Assembly (NCBI GenBank): GCA_009859145.1
Contig: VRVR01000018.1
Span: forward strand, 191,688-255,687
Reading direction: 5' to 3'
DNA: 64,000 nucleotides
Source: Andalucia godoyi And28
Taxonomy: Eukaryota; Protista; Jakobida
Shown here: one piece after another, positions 22,736 to 31,170 of the stretch
How positions within the stretch are numbered: position 1 is the stretch's first letter
Layout of the letters: the number at the start of each line of letters is the position of its first letter
Made by a program: the position numbers and the translations under genes
Notes under the pieces: generated by a model
What the model was told of the DNA's origin: nothing
The model's input: only the letters and a program-made list of their open reading frames with translations
The model's database searches: none

Positions 22736-24037
22736 TCAAGCAGACAAGACAGGAAGGGCGTCGATCATTTGTGAAAACATGTCTCGATATGAGATGCCAA
22801 TCTGCTCGGTGCGATCGACAGCAGCTTCGGGCATGCCTCTGGAAACAACTCGGGACTCGAGAATCTCAACCGCTTTTTGCAGCCAGCATTTCGCGACTTC
22901 TGGAGTACCGCAAACGCGTGCCATTGTTCCTGTGGCAATTGCCAAATCCAACGAAGATTCTTTGGTAAAATTGAGGGCAGAAGATACAACTTCGCACAGC
23001 CGAACAAGCCAACGCAGACAAAGCTGAGCATCATGGAAGGTATGATCACCATCGGCAGCAGCAGCAACATTCGGGCTATCTGATCGGTCATCCGCTATCC
23101 GCTGCATTCCTCTTTGGGATGAAATCAGCAGCGAGCTTGAACTTTGAAGCAAATGAACACGAAGAGATCTTGCTTTCAAATCCTGCACAGGCTGCTCAAA
23201 ATCCTCAAGACTTTGGTCTTGCTGACAGGACCCATTCGGATCGCGAACAGTGCTCGGGAGAAACACAGCCAGTGCCGCAGTTGCAGATGCCAGATGCGGA
23301 ACAGCATGCGAAACTGGCGCATCCAGAGTCAGCATCCAAACACCCAGCTTCGACGAAACCACCCCGTAGGCCTCGAGAACATCCGACACCATCGCAATCC
23401 ATTGAGGGGACCGGCCAAATGGCTGCTTCGGATGTACAAACTTTACACGACGAGTGCACGACAACTTGGTCACGTCGACAGATGAATCTACTGGAATACT
23501 GCCGTCTGAAATAAAGGCTGATGGGAAAACAGTTTCATACTCAACGACGGCCAGAGAACCCAACGCCTTTTCAAGACACTTTGACGCATCATTAGCGAGC
23601 GCAAGTGCATCGTGAAACCTTCGCCATTCCCAAATTCGGACTCCGTCTGAAAACATGAACATTCCACGGGCATAAGCCTCGGCAGCAGGAGTCTCCAGTG
23701 TTGACTTCCAAGCGGACGACAGCGATTGCGAAAAGGAAGCCATCCACTCTGTCATTCGTGACGCATCAGACAGTCTTGTAGATGAAGCTGCATCTACTCT
23801 GTCAAACCCATACGGACATTTTCCTCCAGATGATTCTTCCGGCAGAAGTTCGTTTCCTTCCTTGGAGAACGGACACGCAGAAGAAGAAGAAGCCTCGGAT
23901 TCGAAGACGTGTTCGCGGGAAACAGGTGCAGATGCCCCAGTTACCGGGCATGCAAGGACGTTTTCTTGACCAAGCGTTGTCAGAATCGCAGCGTCAGGTT
24001 TCGCGCCAGTCTGAAGCTGAACATAGGGGCAAGTCAT
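22736..24037 (-). CDS. Uncharacterised protein with four N-terminal Cys-Pro motifs
   Basis: 433-aa ATG-initiated ORF containing CPY, CPV, CPF and CPY within the first 80 aa. Confidence 0.65.
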   Translation of the reverse strand: MTCPYVQLQTGAKPDAAILTTLGQENVLACPVTGASAPVSREHVFESEASSSSACPFSKEGNELLPEESSGGKCPYGFDRVDAASSTRLSDASRMTEWMASFSQSLSSAWKSTLETPAAEAYARGMFMFSDGVRIWEWRRFHDALALANDASKCLEKALGSLAVVEYETVFPSAFISDGSIPVDSSVDVTKLSCTRRVKFVHPKQPFGRSPQWIAMVSDVLEAYGVVSSKLGVWMLTLDAPVSHAVPHLASATAALAVFLPSTVRDPNGSCQQDQSLEDFEQPVQDLKARSLRVHLLQSSSSLLISSQRGMQRIADDRSDSPNVAAAADGDHTFHDAQLCLRWLVRLCEVVSSALNFTKESSLDLAIATGTMARVCGTPEVAKCWLQKAVEILESRVVSRGMPEAAVDRTEQIGISYRDMFSQMIDALPVLSA

Positions 24038-24259
24038 TATTTCCAGACTTTATCATGCACACCAACAACAAAACCAAAACCAAAACCAAAACAAAGGCAA
24101 ATGCAAAAATGCGCAAATCGTTCTGTACACGAAAAGACTCAATCGAGGAAAAATCGGAACCGATCAGCACACGCGGACAAGGTTTATGTTCCGTGGTCTC
24201 GTGGAAGTGCATAGAAAGCAGTCTGCTGGGTTTCCTGGGAAATAACTTCCTTGCAGTAA

Positions 24260-24910
24260 ATGACGAGAGCTTTTATGTTCAGACGAGTTATTTCTGGACT
24301 GCGACGAACATCCAACAGTGCTGGACCAGGTCCGAAGGTGGAACCAGGTCCAGTGACATCGTTGTTCATGAATCCTATTCTTGAAATCCTCGGCGCGTCG
24401 GCTGCCGTGCTTACGGTTGCCTATGCTACGTATGATCCCATTGTGTATGGTTTTCAATCAACCCACTGGCCATCCACAACCGAAGCGTCTATAGATTCTA
24501 TCAACATTAAATCACTTGGGAAGGACACTTACGTTCCTGAATGCGTGTTTTCGTACACTCCTGCTGGGGGATCGGACGGCCGCAGATATCGCTCTTCTGT
24601 TGTTTCTTACCGATACTGGGGTGCCACACCATCTCTGGAAGATTCAAGGAGGCTGATGAAGAAGTATGCACACCATCAATCTGTTTCCGTTTTTCATCAC
24701 CCGACAAAGCATCATGTCGCGGTTCTTGAGCCGGGGCCGTCGCCATTTGCCGTTTTTGCGCTGGGAGCAACATCGGCTCTTTTGCCGATGGTTATTTGCA
24801 AGTCCTTCCGTATTGGCTTTCCTGTTGCTGTTGCCATTGCGGCAAGTGCGTACGGTGCAAAGGTTTATCTCGAATCTCAACAGGAAATCAATGGCAGCAA
24901 AATGGAGTAA
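24260..24910 (+). CDS. DUF3592-like membrane protein with a putative mitochondrial presequence
   Basis: TM helix, then WPSTTEASIDSINIK...YVPECVFSYT...RRYRS...SVSVFHHPTKHHVAVLEPG, then two more TM helices. Arg-rich, acid-free N-terminus. Confidence 0.65.
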   Translation: MTRAFMFRRVISGLRRTSNSAGPGPKVEPGPVTSLFMNPILEILGASAAVLTVAYATYDPIVYGFQSTHWPSTTEASIDSINIKSLGKDTYVPECVFSYTPAGGSDGRRYRSSVVSYRYWGATPSLEDSRRLMKKYAHHQSVSVFHHPTKHHVAVLEPGPSPFAVFALGATSALLPMVICKSFRIGFPVAVAIAASAYGAKVYLESQQEINGSKME

Positions 24911-25373
24911 ACCGCAACGTCCAGATTCTGTCACTGCGCACTTTATTTCCTAAACATTGCCGGCGCTTGAAATTTCAGCTCCTCTTCCGATAAGCAGCGG
25001 CATCGGGAGAAGGGCTGCTTGCAGGACATCCCTGCTCCGACCACAGGCAGATGTCTAGCTCCCCATTTAGAAACGGATTCTCCAAAATTGTCTATCCTTT
25101 TAGGATTCATTTGTCGTCGGATAGAGACAAATTCTTGGGCCATGCTGCATGAACGACTTCAGCACTACGAAAATCCAAGAACAGAGAGGTATTAAATACG
25201 GAATCCAAAAGTCATCGTCATAGTACTTTAGCCAAATGTTGGTGACAGCACTCTCCTTGCGACAAATGTATACGCCAACTTTGTTAGAAGGAGAAGAGGA
25301 AAGAAGGCCACGTCCTCTTGATTGAATCCGTCCCCCCATTATTTCCGGGTGAGAGTTCCCGTGCAGAGAGGAA

Positions 25374-26579
25374 TTATGTAAAAGTAAAGCTTGCAGATTG
25401 GCGTCTTCCAACCGGGTCTACATGGATTTGTAAAAGTTGGTCATCTCGAGAACTCATAAGCTCAGCAGGAGCAGAAGAGTTTGTCTGAATTGGGCGACCT
25501 GTACCAACGATCAGACTACCATTAACCCAGGTGCACCCACCAAAACAGGGCTGCGGAATTCCTGTGTTGCGACCAGCAGCCGACACAGCACTGAAACGGT
25601 GCCGACGGCCAGCTTGCACCTCCAGCACCGTGTCCAGATCGGGAGTTCGTGCATCCAAAACGGCGACCATTCCGTCATGATCACCTACAGCAACCAGATC
25701 GGATATGCCAGAGAACGTGGTGTCATACTGAATTACTCGGATGCCGTGAACTCGTGGAGAAAGCTTATCAAATTTCCGTAGAACACGTTGGCTTCGGGTG
25801 TCAAGCAGGATCGCATCCCCCTTCTGTGACCCAGCAAGCACAAATCGGCCCGATGGATCAAATGAACATGCAAATGCTGCATCCTGAAAAACACTTCTAT
25901 ATGCACCGACCACGCCACGAGAAGACGACGATCCAACACGATCATCCAACAGAAACAGGTCTTTGCCATCTCCAACGCATGCTGCCAGAAATCCATGGGA
26001 AGGACAGACAGCAAGTCGATTGATTGGCTCTCCGAACATTGACGAGGACCAGGTATGCAGCGCAGTACACGTTTGAAAGTCAAAGATACGAACAGTCTTG
26101 TCATTCGAGCACACCCACAATCTGGAACCAGTAGCGGACCCTGGAGGCGCAAATGTCACACCATTAGTAGTACATCGCTCCCCAAGCATCAAAATTTCGG
26201 ATCCGATGCCCAGTTGACCTGCATTTCCGCCAACGGCAATTATGGCAGAACTAGTGCCCGGATTGTCGATCACGTCCAAGCATACGGGATGAAACGAATA
26301 TCTCCGTGCCAGCGCTGGAAACGACTCGTTGCGCAATGGAATTTGGTACACAGAGTCGAAGCAAACGCAATACAGCGAGGAATCTGCCATTAAATTCGAA
26401 TGATCTGTATTCCAAACAGAAGTCGAAGGGCCTGATATCAGATGATTCAACTGCCAATGTGCAATCGTCAAGCACGGTATAGGAGAATGGATTGGCGCCA
26501 CTCGATACCAGTCATTCGAGAGCTGAAAAGACGAAGAAAATGCATCCGGAGCGTCAACAGCTCGCGATATGCTGGTCAT
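25374..26579 (-). CDS. WD40-repeat protein, DUF2415-like
   Basis: TIAHWQLNHLIS, CSNDKTVRIF, FACSFDPSGRFVLAGSQKG. ATG at 26579. Confidence 0.7.
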   Translation of the reverse strand: MTSISRAVDAPDAFSSSFQLSNDWYRVAPIHSPIPCLTIAHWQLNHLISGPSTSVWNTDHSNLMADSSLYCVCFDSVYQIPLRNESFPALARRYSFHPVCLDVIDNPGTSSAIIAVGGNAGQLGIGSEILMLGERCTTNGVTFAPPGSATGSRLWVCSNDKTVRIFDFQTCTALHTWSSSMFGEPINRLAVCPSHGFLAACVGDGKDLFLLDDRVGSSSSRGVVGAYRSVFQDAAFACSFDPSGRFVLAGSQKGDAILLDTRSQRVLRKFDKLSPRVHGIRVIQYDTTFSGISDLVAVGDHDGMVAVLDARTPDLDTVLEVQAGRRHRFSAVSAAGRNTGIPQPCFGGCTWVNGSLIVGTGRPIQTNSSAPAELMSSRDDQLLQIHVDPVGRRQSASFTFT

Positions 26580-27112
26580 TTCGCTCTTTCTGGTTTGAGA
26601 TGTCCGCGGGGAACAGTGATGTCTCTCGATCACTTTTCGTTTAACGAATACTTGCAACAATTTGTGAGACAGGCATGCACAGATTCAACGAGCAACACGC
26701 TTGGTTCGCGACTGGAAATTCAGAGACTAACACGCCGCTGCTTTTGGCCGTCAACAGGCAGTCCGCAGAAAGGCAGCAGCCAGGCAAGGCACACAGGAAA
26801 AAAATTCTCGAACTGGAACTTGGGAACTCAGGATTCTGGAAGGTCTTGTACGATTATGATGTACAGTCGGCAGGCACAGAGCGAGTGCACCAAAGGAACT
26901 TGGGAAGCTGGGGAAACCTCAAATTCCCTAAAAGGCAGCATTCGCTCGAGATGCGGGATCGACTTTGGGGGCAGCTTTTGACTGCAAAAGACGAAAAAGG
27001 ATTTGGGGAAGTTACTTTCGCGCTCGGGACTGCCATTGTGGTTGTGGACAGTGAGTAGGCTTCTTGAAATTCATTGCATATCGCGCGCCTAGTTTCGTGG
27101 ATTTTGTGCACG

Positions 27113-27916
27113 ATGGAGAATGTTACACCGGCACCGGCCGTCACAGGTGACGATCGATCTCTGTTCAATCTGACTCTAGGCGGCGTATGCATTCATGAGT
27201 TTGACGTTGTCATTACGGATGTGTTTCTCTTGGTATTTTGTGCATATGCCGCGGCAAGGTTGTTCTGGCACCCGAATGTTTCTGCGAATGCTCGGGCGGT
27301 TGGGGAACCGTGGTGGTTTGGACTCTTTTTTGTTGCCGTGACAATATCCAGCGCAATTGGCGCGTACGTTCACGGATTCCTCCCAGGTTTTCATACGGAT
27401 GGCTCTGATATCCCATTCTTTTACACTTTTCTTTGGGGGAGTGTTCTTGCATTTGTTGGTGCAACTGCGGTTTTTGGATATGTTTCCTCATCCGCTGTCT
27501 TGTTCCGAGCAAGCCGTGCAAGGATTGTTAACTTCGTTGTCATGCTTGTATACGGGATGTACCTTGCATGCATCATGTTTTATTCCTCAAAGTTCATGGT
27601 TGCCATAATAATGTATCTTCCTTCTGTGCTCGTCATTCTTTCTGCGTTTGTGTATTCCTTTTATCGCACCAAATCTTGGTCTGATGTCTGCGGAATCTTT
27701 GGAATGGTACTCGTTTTGGTTGCCGCCGCGATTCAGCTGAACAAGATCGACTTGGTTCATCACTATTGTGGATTTAATTGCAATTACCATCTTGTGCAGT
27801 TACTAGCATTGTACGGGATCTTTATTGGCGCTCTTCATCGTCTAGAGGATCCTCGGGTTTTCTTAAGCTCCCAACGGATCAAGAAAGGCAAATTTCCAAA
27901 AATGAAGAATAAGTGA
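27113..27916 (+). CDS. DUF6962-like multi-pass membrane protein (CREST-like hydrolase motifs)
   Basis: HEFDVVITDVFL, SSAIGAYVHGF and FNCNYHLVQ. About seven TM segments. Confidence 0.6.
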   Translation: MENVTPAPAVTGDDRSLFNLTLGGVCIHEFDVVITDVFLLVFCAYAAARLFWHPNVSANARAVGEPWWFGLFFVAVTISSAIGAYVHGFLPGFHTDGSDIPFFYTFLWGSVLAFVGATAVFGYVSSSAVLFRASRARIVNFVVMLVYGMYLACIMFYSSKFMVAIIMYLPSVLVILSAFVYSFYRTKSWSDVCGIFGMVLVLVAAAIQLNKIDLVHHYCGFNCNYHLVQLLALYGIFIGALHRLEDPRVFLSSQRIKKGKFPKMKNK

Positions 27917-27964
27917 TCCCACCACAAACATTTTTAATGAAGGTAAAAGGGAAAAAATAGGAGA

Positions 27965-30808
27965 TTATTTCTTTGAGCCAGGCATCGCAATGGCAGCAAG
28001 ATTTTGCTGCGCGACTTTCGACGCGCGCTCTGCACTCACTGCCGATTCTGCTAAGCGAGCAATCAGTCCATTGACTTGATCAAGTCGCGGATCTGATTCT
28101 CCGTCTTTCTTGGCTTCCGGTTTTTCCGACTGCTGTTCGGAGGCAACATATGTAGAAGCAAGAATATCACGTGCACGACGAGCTACGCTCAACGCATCAC
28201 GGAAGCGTGTCATGGATTCCATAATGACAGCAATCAAAAGAAGAGTAGAAGCGACCATGGGGCTCTGTGGCCCAAGCATGCTCTCATAGACCTCATTCGC
28301 CAGTCCTGCCATCTGCAACGCTTGCGGAAACTGTCCCTCATCACGAAGAACAGCAGCCAAAGAGTTGAGAACGGCAGCCCGCACAAGCTCGGAACGTCCA
28401 GAAGTAACAACAATTTTGGCACACCGTTCATAAAAGACGCGAGCAGCAACCAGCTGACCCGCACTGTGAGCATAATTTGCAAGTGTCTCAAGGCCATGGA
28501 AAGCAATGGGATGCTCTTCCCCAAGAAGACGGCGACCAATTTCAAAGGCATTTGCCTGGAAATACACTGCAGTGTGCAAATCTCCAAGGGCGTGGTGAAG
28601 CGCACCAAGCAAACGGTAGCATTCAGCACATTCGCGATTGATTGGGCCCTGAATTGAGACAAACACAGATGCAGCACGATTCAAAAGGATGAGGCCTTCT
28701 TCAACCTTGGATTCGGAAATCGCGATCTTGGCCGCAGCAAGAACAGCAAATCCTAAACCAGTGAAAGGATAGCAAGAAGACGTACGCGTTTCGACTGCAA
28801 CAAACTCCTCTTCTGAAAAGGGATGTTTGGAAGCAAGATTCACAGAATTGAAGCGATGAGACAACACAACTCCAACAGCATCAGCCACCGCCTTGAAGAC
28901 AACAAAGTCAACAAAACGAGAATGAAACGCCTTCACGTCGCCAAGGTCTATTTCGTATCTGCCCTTCGTTGCAGAAGCAAGTTTCGAGAGCAAATCCTCC
29001 TTACCAACAGCCAAGTCGTTGAAGAAGGAGACAATGACCTTCGCGTCAAGAACAGATGATGTTCGCATTAAAGCGCGAAGTTCGTTCTTGCATGTACGAA
29101 CAAACGCTTCACGACGACATAAAATGTCCAAGAAGGCATACTTGTTGCGATCCAGTCGAGAAGAGGCTTCTTCGGCAGCCTTCTGCACAGCAAGTGCAGA
29201 CACACGCCCTAATGCTCGTGCATTCAGACCTCTCTCATGCATGAGAAATACCAACTCAGCTCCCGTAAGTGCAAAGACTTCCGCTTGCACACAATCACCC
29301 ACGAAACCAGAAACAAGATCTGCAAATTCCAATTTCTTTCCATCATTCACGGATTCAGGTCTGACACGAACACATTCGGATTCAGGAACATTGAACGCCG
29401 TCTCCACAGGAACTGACGTTGCCAGTTCCAAGGCATAGATCCTTCGATCAGTTCCAAGAACGCCTTTTGTTTGCGAAGAGATTCCTTCTGAATTGGAAAA
29501 ATGTTTGCGGAAGAAACCGTCAAGGGACGCCTTGAAATTGGCATCGCTACGCGAAATCTGCGCCAAACCGTCGTTGCTCTCCTCTTCTACAGATCCGTGA
29601 ATGAGACAATCGCCCTTCTTGTCCGAGAGAAGACCAGGGGGAAGCCCTTGGACAAGAATACGATGACCGAAGTAGTCCACTACTGCAGTAGGAGGCACCT
29701 CGACATTCTGCAACGATGCGTCGGATGTCTGCGCATCCAAGAACATTCGCAGAGCATGGAGCTCATGCTTGACATTCCGATAGGCGTGCGGAACGTTCGG
29801 CATCTTCGAACCAGCTTCCGAAACTTCAGAAAAAGGAACAGTACGAGTCAGAAAGAGATAGTTGTGAACAAACACTTGTGCTTCAGGAGGGTCTTCCGGA
29901 TTGATCGGGAGCACGTTCCCTTCGACGATATCCCGCGCAGCTTTTCGAGCGGTTGTGAGGAATTCGCAGTATGCCTGGAAAGACTCCCTATCACGAATGA
30001 GCGGGTCCGGCAAGTCTCGCGCTTCCTGAAACGATAGATTCCAATCACGAATGTCCAAATCAGATGCACGAGGCCAGATTAGCGTTAATCCATTCGGAAA
30101 TGCTGAACGAGACCGTTCGTCGTCTTCACGCAGGCTATTGGACCCCAAAGTAGAAGATTCCTCATAAGGATTGGAAACAGTCTGGACAATGGTGAGCTTG
30201 CAAAGATCTTGAATCAGCATCTTTGATGCCTTTGAAAAGGCTTCTGACACTGAAAGCAACAGATCCCACAATGTTTCAAATGTTCGCTTACGAGATGCAG
30301 TTTTGAATCCTTGCCTTGTGCAAGAGACCAAAACTGCTTCTTTCTCCAAGGTTTCGACTTTGAGAGAATAGAGTTCTCCCTTCAGCAATCTAGGTTCCAC
30401 GGAAAAGTCCGTCGAAATAGATGAAAGGCATGGGCGAATGAGATCGTTTCCTTGCTGCCGTGCGTACATCGAAACTACCTCCTCGGCAGTCTTCGCTTGA
30501 GTCAAAGGAACCAGCATGTAGCGATAGGATAGCATATCGGTGATTCGCTGCACGTGCAACCGAAGCGTCGCAAGAGAGTAAGGAACAAAAATCATCCGAT
30601 ACTCATCTTTTCCGATCACGGATAGGGTGTACGATGTGTACATGCATGTGAGCGGATGCTGGGACAGCGAAGACAGAAGATCTGCAACATCAACATAAGG
30701 AACCTTCAGTGCAATGCCACGGAAAGTGTGGATAGTTGCAACAGGAACCTGTTGGACGGTTGCATCGGACTTGCCGGCAGATTCAGACGCATTGGAAGAA
30801 TCGGACAT
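27965..30808 (-). CDS. CLU1: Clustered mitochondria protein (Clu1/TIF31/CLUH)
   Basis: VFVHNYLFLT, TAVVDYFGHRILVQGLPPG, KGVLGTDRRIYALEL and FLMHERGLNARALG, with C-terminal TPRs. Confidence 0.9.
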   Translation of the reverse strand: MSDSSNASESAGKSDATVQQVPVATIHTFRGIALKVPYVDVADLLSSLSQHPLTCMYTSYTLSVIGKDEYRMIFVPYSLATLRLHVQRITDMLSYRYMLVPLTQAKTAEEVVSMYARQQGNDLIRPCLSSISTDFSVEPRLLKGELYSLKVETLEKEAVLVSCTRQGFKTASRKRTFETLWDLLLSVSEAFSKASKMLIQDLCKLTIVQTVSNPYEESSTLGSNSLREDDERSRSAFPNGLTLIWPRASDLDIRDWNLSFQEARDLPDPLIRDRESFQAYCEFLTTARKAARDIVEGNVLPINPEDPPEAQVFVHNYLFLTRTVPFSEVSEAGSKMPNVPHAYRNVKHELHALRMFLDAQTSDASLQNVEVPPTAVVDYFGHRILVQGLPPGLLSDKKGDCLIHGSVEEESNDGLAQISRSDANFKASLDGFFRKHFSNSEGISSQTKGVLGTDRRIYALELATSVPVETAFNVPESECVRVRPESVNDGKKLEFADLVSGFVGDCVQAEVFALTGAELVFLMHERGLNARALGRVSALAVQKAAEEASSRLDRNKYAFLDILCRREAFVRTCKNELRALMRTSSVLDAKVIVSFFNDLAVGKEDLLSKLASATKGRYEIDLGDVKAFHSRFVDFVVFKAVADAVGVVLSHRFNSVNLASKHPFSEEEFVAVETRTSSCYPFTGLGFAVLAAAKIAISESKVEEGLILLNRAASVFVSIQGPINRECAECYRLLGALHHALGDLHTAVYFQANAFEIGRRLLGEEHPIAFHGLETLANYAHSAGQLVAARVFYERCAKIVVTSGRSELVRAAVLNSLAAVLRDEGQFPQALQMAGLANEVYESMLGPQSPMVASTLLLIAVIMESMTRFRDALSVARRARDILASTYVASEQQSEKPEAKKDGESDPRLDQVNGLIARLAESAVSAERASKVAQQNLAAIAMPGSKK

Positions 30809-30849
30809 GAGAGATGAACGTTTGTTCTTACCGAGATGAAAGCAAAAAC

Positions 30850-30920
30850 ACTAACAAAACTAACAAAACTAACAAAACTAACAAAACTAACAAAACTAAA
30901 ACTAAACTAAAACAAAACAG
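30850..30920. repeat. Tandem 9-mer (ACTAACAAA)x5 plus degenerate copies
   Basis: Read directly in the CLU1/VPS16 divergent intergenic region. Confidence 0.9.
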
Positions 30921-31170
30921 AAAACAAGCAGGAGCATTCGAAGTTGAAGCATCCTCAGAGAGCGATTTGCCCGTGCAGCACAAAACAATCGCAGTCCGTG
31001 CATCAACTGATGGTAAACACACTCGTGGGACAGGGCGTTTTTGCATTTTTTTGCAGGCCGCAGAGCCCGATCTTTCTTCTCCTTGGTCCTGGCTTCTCCC
31101 CAGAAACCAAAAAGCTCCATCCCGTTTGTGTTTGTCTTTTCACTGGCGGGGAAAAGCGTCTGGATTCTGA

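Noticed and set aside
24910-25370. Short minus-strand ORFs between the DUF3592-like and WD40 genes
   Set aside because: No recognisable motifs, and the apparent similarity of CRKESAV to the Fanzor N-terminus is too short to support.
26675-27058. 127-aa + strand ORF
   Set aside because: No family motif. It may be real but cannot be supported from sequence alone.
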